Source of the DNA: Oopsacas minuta
Taxonomy: Eukaryota > Animalia > Porifera
Direction: 5' to 3'
Assembly (NCBI GenBank): GCA_024704765.1
Contig: JAKMXF010000298.1
Location: 372,001 to 436,000 of the forward strand
DNA length: 64,000 nt
The notes beneath the pieces are model-generated. The model was not told the origin of the DNA. It saw only the letters and a list, made by a program, of their open reading frames with translations, and made no database searches. The stretch's first letter is position 1. Each line of letters starts with the position of its first letter. Shown piece by piece: positions 11,603 to 24,800 of this stretch. The position numbers and the translations under genes were made by a program.

Positions 11603-12894
11603 TCAGCTTGTCTGTTCAGTATTCGGAATTTCTGGCTGTTTAAAATTCTTACAGAATGTTTCAGCAACTATTAAAGGAAATACTAAAGTAGCGTCTGAAT
11701 ATAATTTAACTGGCGTGCTATCCATCCTAATTTTCCCCCAAGAAATCGCTTCTTCAGGTGCAGCACCTGCATCACAGCCATCAAACTCTTGAGCTGTGTT
11801 AATAAACACTGAATAATCTGCTCCATTCCTGAATAAATTTGCATTACAAATATGATGTTTTATCATTCCACCGCCTAGAATAATCATCCCTGAGTTTACA
11901 CAGTCTAATGCTATTTTATTTATTCTAACTATATCTTCAATTATATCTATTCTTAACCCAGGAGATTTGAATGCATGGAAAAACAACATATCTCCTAATG
12001 AACCGTCAGTAAGCGATGGACAGAACACGGGGATATTATTCTTATCGCACCAGTAGTACACTGATGAGGGATCATTGATTTCCCTTCCAAGTCTCTTGAT
12101 AACTTTGCTTGGTGTCCAGTTGATCCCATCGTCTATCTGTTCTTTTAATAACTGATCGTATACAGGCATTATCCAGTCTTCAAACTTACAATAGTTGTCA
12201 TTGGGTACTAGGAGATTTCCAATTCTGTTAATTCCTTGTAAACGTAATTCTTTGCCAGGAAGACGGAAATCTCCTATAAACAGGAAATAAGTATATTAAA
12301 ATTTGATACAGATTCACCATAAAATATTTTGAAGTTGGAAAAGGTAAATGACAGAATTATCAAGCTGATTTTATGAAACATTATCACATATTGTATGCAT
12401 TTTTGCTATGAATCATGCTGAAAGCGATAAGTTCCCTCAGAGAGAAACCCAATACACTTACCCATATAATGAGGAGCTAGACACTTCATGAGATCTTCTT
12501 CTATCCCTCCTGCTGACGTCACAATACAATCTACCATATTATGTTTAGCTAGGAAACAGAATATCTCTCTCAATCCGCAAGATATCATGTTAGAAGTATA
12601 ACCCAGGAATATTGTACAGTTTGAAATAGGTCTGTTGTCGGAGGAGGTGTTTATCTTCTCGAGAGCTTCTTCGGATAGGGGAGTTGCTTTACAAGCAAGC
12701 ATTTCATTAATTCTGTCAACTACAAGACTGAAGTTAGTAGCCTGGAATCCCGTTGTCTTGTAGCTAGCTAGTAGAGCTGAGTAGTCTACTGGACCAGGAG
12801 TGAAGTTATATCCGGATACTTCTTCAGTGTTCTTTGATAGAACCTTACTTGTAGCGAGTACAGCATTACGAGCTTTGTCCACATAATCTGTCAT
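11603..12894 (-). CDS. DHPS: Deoxyhypusine synthase, exons 12894-12462 and 12273-11603 (367 aa)
   Basis: [55 protein letters not shown] and EAISWGKI motifs. The GT-AG intron 12461-12274 restores frame. Confidence 0.95.
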
Positions 12895-13303
12895 TTCTCA
12901 CAAAATATTAATTATCAATAAACATTCACTAATTAATTACATAATTATAAGAGATGTAATCCCCATTGTCGCAAACAAGCATGATACAGTGGAACCTCGT
13001 TAATACGAACACAAGCGAACGGTTAATAATTGTTCGCTTTAACCAGAGTAATACCAATTGGATTACTATTTTTAGGGACCTGATTTTGTGCGATATTTGT
13101 TTTCATCCGGAAATTCGTATTAACCGTGTTCGTATTCATTCACTATTATCTACAGCAGAACCTCTACAGTGAGGGAGGAGATGAATAGATTAAGGTATAT
13201 ACACAATTAAAATAAATACTACTATTTACACAAACAGTTGAATAAATATCTAACAAATATCTTATCTGTATAAATAATAAACAAGTTGAATCAAAGAAAT
13301 TTC

Positions 13304-14089
13304 TTAAACGAATTTACCAGATGCAGCATAAGGACTTTCACCGTTAATATAGGCGAAATATTCCGCGAGATACTTACAAAAATGTGTTATCTCTTCCGCT
13401 AATTTCTGTAATGAAAGAATATTCGGAATGAGAGCATTATTGAAAGAAGATAGAACAACAACAAATAGCCGTTGTCCAGATCTAACATCCATGGAAGCTA
13501 CAATACAAGAAGAATCTTGAGTATTCGGTTTCCATTCTCCGTTCTCAGTTAGATTTTCTATTTCAATTAAATCACCAAAAACCATTGTAGGATGGTTTGA
13601 AAATAAAATGTATTTTTTACCCTCGAAAGTTAACGATGTTCCACACAGGGAATTGGATAGGCCAATTACCTTAGGAATACGAATTGCTTCTTCTTTTGTG
13701 ATAGCAAAATTCTTCGAAAAACTTAGCTCAGTTATTTCTGTTCCATCGTAAAATATGATAGCACATTTCATAATCTCTGTTGATTTTATTACAGCATTTT
13801 CACACCATTCATCCCAGTTCCATTTGGGTAGAGATTTATAATCTCCCTCTTCAGCACATTTGAATATTACATCTGTAAAACCGCAAGTTAGGTACATATC
13901 TTGTAATTTTTCCTTGATAGCAGTTAGATGAGATTTCGGTAACAGAAATAGTCCGAATGTGATTATTTCAATATGCAAGCTTTTTGATAGATATCTCAGA
14001 CATATGTCAAGTAGGGGTTTGACTGGAGCAGGTGGTGATATTGTCTTAGCAAAGAGAGTCTTTACGGATTTTTTAATTACTTTAGCCAT
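13304..14089 (-). CDS. Profilin-like protein with an N-terminal Elongin BC-box/cullin-box (261 aa, intronless)
   Basis: Residues 25-34 PLLDICLRYL fit the BC-box consensus, followed by LPKSHLTAI. Residues ~92-245 follow a profilin pattern: WDEW, CAIIFYDG, FAITKEEA, SLTFEGKKYIL, then a C-terminal helix. Confidence 0.55.
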   Translation of the reverse strand: MAKVIKKSVKTLFAKTISPPAPVKPLLDICLRYLSKSLHIEIITFGLFLLPKSHLTAIKEKLQDMYLTCGFTDVIFKCAEEGDYKSLPKWNWDEWCENAVIKSTEIMKCAIIFYDGTEITELSFSKNFAITKEEAIRIPKVIGLSNSLCGTSLTFEGKKYILFSNHPTMVFGDLIEIENLTENGEWKPNTQDSSCIVASMDVRSGQRLFVVVLSSFNNALIPNILSLQKLAEEITHFCKYLAEYFAYINGESPYAASGKFV

Positions 14090-14121
14090 ATTAGAGCTAC
14101 AAATTGGTTGTTTATAGTATA

Positions 14122-14185
14122 CAGAGGAACACTCTTATAATGAATTCACGCTTATAGCGAATTAACGTATAAGAGTGTTCCACTG
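14122..14185. mobile_element. Minimal 64-bp MITE
   Basis: TA|cagaggaacactcttata ... tataagagtgttccactg|TA. Adjacent family-C elements lie at 12987-~13144 and 14228-14361. Confidence 0.75.
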
Positions 14186-14676
14186 TATAAATATTGTCAA
14201 AAACACGAAGTCCCGTCAAGAGAGAAACAGTGGAAACATGGTGAACATTTGTTCACCTTTTCGGAGTTCGTATAAATGGAGTAAGACAAGTTGAATCTCA
14301 AAGTACCTGATTTCGTGTGTGTTCGTCTAATCCGGAAATTCGTATTAACGAGATTATACTGTACAACAGTAAACTGAAATTCTAAATATTGAAATTAGAA
14401 TCTAGAATTATTAAATACATTGACTCTAAAAATAATGCATTACCTTCAATGCTTCGGAGTTTGATAAAAAGATAATCAAACAACTTAGAAGACTGCCAGA
14501 CAAACATACGTACAAGTGAACATAGGGACAGACAGACAAGTGAAATCTAAAATTGAACTCAATCCAGAAATGATAAATTTATTTATATCGAGTAAGATTA
14601 TCTTGATCTAATAGATATGTACTACATTGATTCAATCTAAAGTTGCCATCGAAATAGTTTCTAATTTCAAAATTAT

Positions 14677-15285
14677 TCAATTTTCTTTTGTAGGTTCTGA
14701 ATCACTGATACCAGTAGACCCAAAACCTCCTTCTCCTCTATCTGTACTTTCCAGGTCATCTACTTCTTCAACAAGTGGAGTAATAATCTTTTCTAACAAT
14801 AATTGAGCTATTTTAGTACCAATTTTAACTTGATAATCTTCTTTAGAGAAATTGAACAACAGAATACCAACCTGTCCTCTATAATCTGCGTCTATAACCC
14901 CAGCTCCTACATCCAAATGATAATTGAGAGCTAGTCCTGATCTAGGAGCTACACGTCCATAGTACCCTAACGGGATCTGTAAGGATATGCCAGTAGGCAC
15001 CAATATCTTACCATTAGCTGGTACAATGACGTCATCGCTAGCGTATAAGTCATATCCAGCAGCATGTGTTGAGCTACGATATGGTAATTTAGCATTTTTG
15101 TTGTGTTTCTTTACACGTAACACATAGCTGCTGTTTTCATCATTGAATTTTTCGATATTAGTCTCATTATCGGTGCGAATTTTTTTCGAACTAGGTTCTT
15201 CTGATTCTTGTAACTTTCGTTTCGGAGGTGATTTCATAGTTGCAGTAGTAGAGCTAGGTTCTATCTCTGTATCTGTAGTAGACAT
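14677..15285 (-). CDS. DUT: dUTPase (trimeric type), AUG start at 15285, intronless
   Basis: Five dUTPase motifs: AGYDL, RSGLA, GVIDADYRG, IAQL, RGEGGFGSTG. Basic NLS-like segment PPKRK...SKKIR. Confidence 0.95.
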   Translation of the reverse strand: MSTTDTEIEPSSTTATMKSPPKRKLQESEEPSSKKIRTDNETNIEKFNDENSSYVLRVKKHNKNAKLPYRSSTHAAGYDLYASDDVIVPANGKILVPTGISLQIPLGYYGRVAPRSGLALNYHLDVGAGVIDADYRGQVGILLFNFSKEDYQVKIGTKIAQLLLEKIITPLVEEVDDLESTDRGEGGFGSTGISDSEPTKEN

Positions 15286-15842
15286 TTTGAAGTTGATCGG
15301 GTTACTTTGTGAATGATATAAGTGAAGATATGTGTGTGTAGGCGAGGGAGAATGATATACAAAATGTATTGATGTCCAATTGAATTTGAATGGTTTGCTA
15401 ACAATTCTAACCGTGTGTAAAGAATGTAAAAAGGCATAATTACTTACACACAAATAATGCAATGTATTAATCTGCAAATTGCGGCCCAAAAACAAGATTT
15501 TACAAACAGAAAATATCAAGTGAAACCGACGGAAAACGGCGGTCACACAGACTCACACCCCTATAAAAATGCAAATTCTGAAAACCTCAAGGGTCGCAAG
15601 ATGTCACCCGACAGTTCTAGAAATCAATAGTGTTTGGTTAGATTTTGATAACATGATATTTGTGGTTCACAATGACGAAATTGGAAGAATGAAAATAATT
15701 TGTATATCATTGAAGATGAGCTTATGATATTAATCTGAAAACTAATGTACAATACTAGATATTGTAAGAAATTCTAGCTTCAATTCATTTAAATTTTATT
15801 AAAAATAGAAGCGCAACTGTTGTTCAAGCGCTTTTTAGAAGT

Positions 15843-18800
15843 TTAGTTCATGAGAAGATCTTGAATTAATTTTAGCATTTCAATAGCAGTATTTGATTCT
15901 TTGGTAGTTTGAGTTTTTGAAGATTGTGTTGGAGATGTTATAGTTTGTTGGTTATTATCACTTTCTTTTGATAGATGAGCTGATTCATCGATTTTAGTTC
16001 GTTTGGGAGTTGAAAGTTCAGATAGCTGTGAGGTATGTCGTTTCCTCTCTCTGACCTTCTGTTCTTCTGTTTCAGGTGTTTCAGGACTCTGAGAGAGGAT
16101 AGATGATGTTTGTGGAGATTGTAGCATGTCCATTTGATCCTTTTCTTGGCTTGGAAGGCACAAAACAATTTCTTCTTTCAAATGCTTTGTGAAATATAGA
16201 GATAGTGTATCAAATAATTCTGAGGGAATTGATTCAACGGAATTGTTCTTCAAATATAGTTCTAAAGTTTTCATAGAATTTATGTGTGTATTTGGATCTG
16301 ATTGCAATTTTGAAAATTCTTCATTTGTTGTTTGGAAAAATGAACTCCAACATTCGGAGGAAAAATTCTTCTTTACTTTTGGATAGAAAATGAAACAAAA
16401 TTTGTGTAAAAACTCATTTCGCAGAACACAATTGTAACTAAATAGCATAGTTCGAATTAGTTCAATAAAATACGCGCTCTCATAGAAAGAATCAATAATT
16501 CTAGCTTCACCTTGTTGCGGCAGATTCTTGATAGATAAAATAAACTTTGGCAGAACATCAAATCTAAGTCTCAAACCTTCTCTAGCCGTAAGACAAACTA
16601 ATCGAACCATTTCTCTGGGAAACAAACTATGCGTAAGTGCAATCTCACAAATAGAAAGTAGAATTTCATAATAAGGTTTATAGAATTCTATAAGAGCTTG
16701 ATCGTAGAGATGATCAACACCAAAATCAGCTGATATTTGGGTGTCATTAATAAACATATTAAATTGCTGTATTGCCTTTGGATCTGGGTTGGGCATTGGC
16801 GTGTCTTGATTTGGTCTTATTCGCGGGAAATAAGGGCCAACTAAATACAAATGCTGGTTAGGTAGTTTATAAAATTCGCTATGTTTTTTCGACAGAAACG
16901 GTAAGAGAAGATTAGCTACGTCATAAGGGTATAACTTTATAGTTATATCGAGAATCTGTAATGCGAGTTGCCTATGACAAGTACACACATACGAATTGAG
17001 AGTGTGTGTAATCGTCTCTGTAAACTGATTCCTATTATCCTTCCAAAAACTCAGTTGTTCTTTAAGACAAGTACCCCGTAGACAAAATTCACATACCGTT
17101 TTCAATATTAACTCTATAATACTGAGTATATCATCCAACTCCGTCATGATAGTAGTTATCATATGACTGGATGTAGTCTCATTGAGTGTACTGAATAGAC
17201 TCAGATACGCGTCAGATAGCTTAACAAGTCCTCCACTGGAGAAAGCTCGCATAGCATCCTCTTCACTACGTATTAAGCTCTTCAATACCTTACGTAAAGT
17301 TTTGGGATTACTTGGTAATACTCTCTCTATGCAATTGGTAATAGCTTTACGTCTGAATGAGCCTGTTGATGGTAGTTTTGCGATTATATTCATCATTTTG
17401 TAAAGCTCTTCTACAGCCTATGTTAAGACCGTAAATTACACAATTACAAAGTCTATTTTCTGTACATGTACTCATCGTCAACTCAGGATGTTAGTTCCTT
17501 GAAATCACCGGAAACACGTAAAAATGCATAAAATATGGCAATATTCGGTAAAAAGACGATTCAATTCATAAATCGTATGTTTAAGAATATTATATACATT
17601 TCTCTATGAACCGTGGTTGAATATTTCTGAATTACGCAATACATATGCTCATACTTTAGTTCAATACATCTCCAAGATCCTTTAGTTATAGAAATAGTGA
17701 TTATCGTCTTTCCCTGAATTTATTCTTTTCGTATAAAAGTTTTCACAATTTTTGAAAATATAAACTAATTATAATTATCATAATTTGTAAATTTCATCAA
17801 AATTTCCTTCAAAGGGTGGAGATTTATTCACAAGTCTTGGAACCTTTTTCTTGCCCCTAGGGCTTATTCAGGGAAATACGGTACTCTAGATGAGGCCATA
17901 ATTAACGTGGAACATGTTTCATCTCCAAATAACAATAATAACAATATTCGTGCGGTAGCAAGTCAGATGCTGGCGGTGGAGCTGAAACAAGATTCCAACT
18001 ACAGTGGCTTAAGTGTATGTATTTAGAGTATTAGACAAAATTAGGGAAAGTCCGTTCTCAACAAGAAAATAGTAAAATTATACTCTTAAAATAACTCACA
18101 TTTGGCGTAAGATTGTAATAAGGTAGTATGTTCTGTAGGGCCCAGAAAGTGTTTCCTTGAGTAGATATATCTCTACAAATACTATTACTCTTCTCACAAG
18201 CTAACCTCATTACTGTGTAGTACTTCTCTAGGAATATATTATTGTACTTAACAACTTCATTCTTCTCGTTGTTGGCTAGGATATAAATAACAGATAAGTC
18301 TTTTGGAGCAGTAGGATGATCGATCAAACATTGTAGATTAGAAGGGCAGATGAGGCAGGTCTAGGAAAAGAAGGATAAATGTAAAAAGTGTCCAGCCGAT
18401 AGGCTGGGAGCGCAGCTCGTTGTTATGTTCTATCTATGTTTTCCTCACAATTGAGTGCTGTTGAAAAGAAATTTCTAGCATCGATTTGAAATATTGCAAA
18501 AATCTGTGAAAAACGATTAATCACAAAAAGGTGTGAAATTCATTTTAGAAAAAATTCATACCCGAGGTGCAAAACTCTGACCCAAAGTGTATATGTGTAC
18601 CATGAAATCAGACTACTAGATTTCGCACTTCTGCGGGACGGATGTATATCGTTCATGCCATTAGGGCACCTCCGTATAGGAGCTGCACTAAAAAGTATAA
18701 CCATTGTTTCTGGAGTTTTATGGGCAAAGTTCATTACACATGCAATATTGCCTCTTACATGTAGAAAATAGCTGAATAAAGCGCTCTTATCTTCATGACA

Positions 18801-21800
18801 ATTCACACTAGCTGTAGCTATACGTGGATGATATAATTTCCAAAATTCATCAAAATACTTCCCAAGAAGTTCACATTCACTCTCTCCAACAGAGCATTTC
18901 TCTAGCACTTGAAAGTACTGTACTAGTCCATCTGATGTTTCACAGCGAGCACTTGTTTCACAAGCGAGGGGTAGAAGTTTTAATAAATCATCAATCAATT
19001 CGTACAGGAATTCTCTACCAGGTTGGGATATGCTAGCTGCTATGCCTTTTATTGGTTCTTTACGGGGAACCTTTGAGTACTCACGAAATACCTACAAAAG
19101 GAATTTATACGTAAATAACTTTAATATATACTATAAGCTGAGTTTAGTGTATTTCCAAGTGTTACATCCATAATAGCAACTTCAGGCAATTATTTGGGAA
19201 AGAGTCACACATAAATTTTCAAATATTCCGAAAGAAATCATTAGAACAGTACAATACTAACCTGACAAGGCACGAGATTATATATCATCACAGTAGTTTT
19301 CCCTCTTACATTAATATCTTCATTCTCAATCAACCAAGCAGCTAACCACTCCCCTTTCTGTTTCATAACCCATTCATAAATAGAAGCGTCACTCAGCATT
19401 ACCATCGTTAAGAAATCTATTATATAAGGCAGTGAAGCAGTTGTGGATACTTGTCTTATGTTGTCAAGCAAAGATGATAGTATCCTCGATCTGAATTCTT
19501 CTTGTATTCTTATCATTACCATTATGTTCAGAAGCTACAGGCAAGAAATGTGTGTAAACATGGTTAGAGTGTGATATTAGTTTGCCAGATTAAGACCAAA
19601 GTTTATAGATTTCCGCTTTGGAATTAACTTTTGCCATGAACTATTAGTTTTGCAATGAACTATTAGTTTTGGCATGAAATTCAAGTGTGTGTTACATAAA
19701 CTTTGTGGCTACGTCATCTGGCGGTACAACTTATAATGGAAAATTTTGCCAGAATTTTGTGGTACAAATTCTGACAAAATGACAAGATGAAAAAACTAAA
19801 ACACACAAAACAAAAATATAATTTCAAGTCAATTTTGAAAAACAAACTAAGATTCAGCATATTTCCTATTTTGACAAAAATAACGAACAATCAAAAATAC
19901 CTGGAAGATATTACCACACTTTTGCCTGCTCTCTCTTGACAGAGCTGCGAATAATGCATCTATCATAGGAGAACAAAGTGAACTATTTTCATCCCATATT
20001 CCGAAATAAATCTGACAAGTAATCTGCCTGTTAGCCTGTGAACAAGCCAGCTGTGTTATTAACGGATATCCTGGTTTTAAAATTAGAGAAGAGAAATCTT
20101 CTTTGGAGAATAACTTGTCAGATAACAGATTATTCATTAAAGTATATATAAAGCGAGCAAGAGAATCTGGATGATAGTTGGAATCATCATAAACCAGGGA
20201 TAATATACCTAAATATTGTTACAAATATTTATATGTAATTAACAGTCTTATAGGGTCAACAGTGAGAGGTGTTTTGTCCACCGATACTGCATTACAGGGT
20301 GGTTATGGGAGGGAGTTTCACTATTATTGAGAATTTGTCTATTGTCTTCTTTGGGAAGAAATTTCAAAATCGTTTTTTAAGAAAGTAGGACACTGCGAAC
20401 GACGCCGTACATCGTCCATGCTAATTGGGCATCTCCCAATAAGAGCTGTACAAATAACACAGTATATGTATATGATATATATGTATATGATATATATGTC
20501 TAACCGTACACGTCTCTATACTCACCTTCTTCAAATGTAAGACTAGGATTATGAGGTTGTCTTGTAGCTCTGCTATAGAATGTATCTATCTTAGATATAA
20601 CCTGATACATTGTTAACAGTTTACACTCATCTTGTCCGAGCGATGCGAAATCATACAAGAAATCAAAATACGGACTAAAGTCATTAGAAGTAGGTAATAG
20701 CTCTGGTATTCCTATCAAGTCTACCACACTCTTGATTAGACAAGCTACACTGACTCTGTTACTACTAGAAGGCTCGCTTATAGTTGCATTGTATGAATCT
20801 CCTTCTGGGAATATCTTAGGGAAACCTAGATTAGACAGAAACACCGTAGAAATTCACCATAATTGCAGTAACATAAATGCTCAAGGGACCGCGATAATTA
20901 CCTCGATATAAGCGAGTATTTCAATATATCCATGTTTTATATAACATGAGTTAACGGTATTTGTATCAGCGCTAAAAGTTCATAAATCAGTACAATTGTG
21001 TGGAGAATAAACACAAAAATTTGAAGATTCTAATTTACAAAGAATAACACAAGAAATATAGGTAGAAAGGAAATACAGTTATTACCTGAATAGAAGGTTA
21101 ATTTGTAATTCTTTTTAATACTCTGCAAGACAGTAAAGAGTAGGTTAACAAACAGATCTCTAGTAGGCTTTATTGGACAATGATAGAACATTTCTAGTAC
21201 CCAATTATGCTCATCAGCTAGACATAAATATTCTAGAAATGATTGACATAGTTCTGGGTATTCTTTGTATTGAGCTCCGAGCCAATCAAAACATTTTCTG
21301 ATGTTAGGACGTTCTTTCGAGTGTATTATCGTGGTAAGCAGCACCTGAATGGATAAGAATAGTAAATGTAAGGTAAAGTGTAATCTCTACAACGGGAGCA
21401 TGTGGAAACGAATTTCTGGGGAAACAGAGTGAAAATAAATATGTAGAGCGAATTCCTAGTGCCTTATAAATGAACCTCCACAAACAGGGAAACAGAGTAG
21501 CAATTTTCGGCGGAACAAACAAACAAACAAACAAACAGAAATCTACGAGGTAATTGCATATATAAACTAATATTTACCTGTGTAGCAACCTTGACAGCAT
21601 TAACCTGTAATTGCTGTGTATCTTGCTTACAGTGTCTACACATCTTCCATACAGCTTGTAAATAATGTGAATCAAATGTGTATACTTCTCTAAGGAACTT
21701 ATTATTCTCTAATAACACAGATCTAGCTATCTCAAGGGGATTAATAGGTGTATCTTCAGATCTAAAATCTTTTCTCTGATAGAATAGCATGTAAGCACTG

Positions 21801-24800
21801 TTGTTACGCTCTAACAGGCCAGGGAATATCCTACGAGTATGCTGATCTATAACAGAGTTAGGAATCTCTCCTCCAAAGCATTCCTACAATAGTTTAATTC
21901 TTGCAAATACACCGTATACACTATACACACATTAAGGCAATACTCGTAGAGTATTCAAAATTAGAAAAAATTCATGTTTTCAACAGCAATTGAAATAACC
22001 CTTAATCGTTATTTTCAAAGGATTTTAATATTTCGGATTATTTAAATTATTGACCAAGTCTAATCCAAGCTACATTCAACTCTAGTTATATTGAACACGA
22101 ATATATCGAAACTGTCCAAATATAGCCCCAAACCGTCAATGTAATATATTTCATCCGTCAACTCCAGTTATATCAAAAATAATTATCGCCGTCACTTGAG
22201 CTCAAGATAAAGGCAGTACACTATATATATCCATATTTCTCGTACGTAGACATACTCACCTGTCCAATATGATCAGGATCAAATTCAGTAACCAGCTGAT
22301 CATTAAACATATACCATTTACCAGATGGATTAGATGTAGCATCTCTCTCCTGTAAAATTGTATAATAATGTCCTCCTTCAGCTGTTCCCGTGTGTACTAC
22401 CACACCTACTAACAAATACTTTGTACAGTCTAGATCTGGATCAATAGAATCCATATCTTGATCTATTGTAGGACAGGAATCAGTTATTGATACGTTAGAT
22501 GATTCAATGAATGACTTCATGTCTAGCACAAGAGGAAATGGAAAATGAGTGTTCACTTTTTCGTTTATAGATGTTGAAATGTTAAATGTGTATCTATTGG
22601 GATAGTATAATATAAAGAATTGCTTGGTAGCATTCAACTCTATCGCATCGCGATAGATAATACAGTAGTTCCAACCTGGGGTCCATGCACCATAGGATCT
22701 CAAAATTTGTATTACGGTCTATGGGAGGGGGTCTACATAATGTGTTAAAATTGGTATAGGGGGTCCATGGTGAAAAAGGTTGGGAACCGCTGAAATAATT
22801 CAAAATTCAATAATTGTGTCATTTGACTCATCTCACTTCAGCAGTTTTATCAATTCAATAGAAACTACAAATTCTATTAAAATTGATATAAACAATAAAC
22901 TCAAGAATTACATATTCTAAACTTTTTATAAATGGTGACTCAATTTCCTGAACCAATCACAGAGCCAATTGTAGACCAAATTGCAATAAAAATCAATCGG
23001 TAAATGGACAGGCTAATATTTTTCCCCAATCAAAGATGTGTCCAACTCTTAACCACATCAAATAGAAACGATAAGAGTTCAAAGTTAATCAGTTGGTGAA
23101 TCAACAAATGGAGAAACAACTCATTGAAACTGTGGGTTAGACGAGGATATACAAACATAACAAGCTCTATGCCATGCAAGGAAGAATTGTAGCAGAAATG
23201 GAAGACAAACTGAAAGAAATTCACCTAAATGCACCATCATAAAAATGAGATTCTTGTGTGACGCACCATACCTCGAAAACAAATTGCAGGTCTGGGAGAG
23301 ATTACACAAATCGAGATGCCTCCCATGTCTTCTATGTCAGCAAATCCCAACTAAACTGCATTCCAAAAGCCTATTGTTGCTGTTAGGTAGCAAGGATCAG
23401 CTCATGGAAACTTCAACACGCAATAGAACCTGATTCTGGACACATTTATATAGCGAATATGAGGAAAACATTCTACCAGTCAGGAAACTATCTAAACCAT
23501 TGGGAGGTAGACACCTGAAAGGCCATTGGGCATCTATCTTCCTATTCAAGCTACCAGACATAAGAATGATAAATCGAGGCGGTTCTGAAGTTTTAATTCG
23601 CCTATACAACTCGCTATCTCTACCTACAAAAACCTTTCCCCGATGTGTCAGGTTATTATAACAACAGATTCCAAATTTGACGAACAATCCACAATTCAAA
23701 AGCTCAGTATTACCCCCAAAACTACTCGCCTGTTGATGGAAAGTTCACAAAGAATGAAGTTTGTTTCAAGCCATACAGACAATCCGTGTATTCACGTGTT
23801 TGCTTTCTCAGGTGAGAAGTTGAGTTCCTCAGTAACCGAAGAGTACTCAGTTGAAAGAATGGCTATTCTTCTACTTGGATAGACATAATAATATTGCTAT
23901 TAGCGACCGCTTGGCAAACGAAATCGAAGAATGTTCTGCAAACAGGATATCTCTTACACACAATAGAACAGAAAGGACAACAAGTACAAAACTTCATTTA
24001 TGGCATTGCAATAGACAAGACAAAGTTAATATGTGTTTCTGAAACAAGAAATTCAGTCTACAAGTATTTTCTGCTTAGTTGACCATTTTTAGTAAGAATC
24101 ATATCATAATAGCTAATGCATCGATAAGGGTGGATGATTTTCTATGCCCTATTCTTGTGTTCATACCGTAATTACTCGCATAGCAGTCCGAGCGATCTAA
24201 AATTCCAGCTACCGTCAAGAGCTTCTATCGACATGGCTGAACATACCTCTACTTCTCAAACTTATCAACCAAGGATCCTTATATTATTCAAAATTCCACG
24301 ACACATTTGATGCCGCTACTGGTATCTAGACCCCTGCCAAAAACGCAATACCCCGTGCCTGTTGGCCAAAGGTTGTGAAACACTATACTACTCCTCACCT
24401 CATCGTGTTAATACATAGTAAAGAAGGCAGCTGAGCAAAACAAGCTCTCTTTTCAGCTCGTACACTAACTCCACACTGAGAACAAGTATATTTATTATCA
24501 CCATCTAGTACATCAGTTTGTGTAAGCTCCTGTAGACTAGCTTGCAGATCTGGCATATCAGCTACTTTAGCTCGTACTGAATAAAAATCTTCACAGTTTC
24601 TACTGACGTGACTACACTCATTAGACATTACTACGTTAGCTATTACTCCACCGAATAAACCCTTAACTGTCTTCTTTAGGAGAAATGATGTGTCCTCCAG
24701 CTTTGAGAGAAGATCTGTTAGATTACAATATATTATAATTTATCCCAAAAAGGTATGGAAAATACGCTCATAAATATCAAAACAAACCTGTGAAGAATTC

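Noticed and set aside
21370-21560. Helentron/DINE-like element suggested by the (AAAC)n tract in a USP34 intron
   Set aside because: No subterminal inverted repeat or terminal hairpin could be defined, and there is only one copy in the window.
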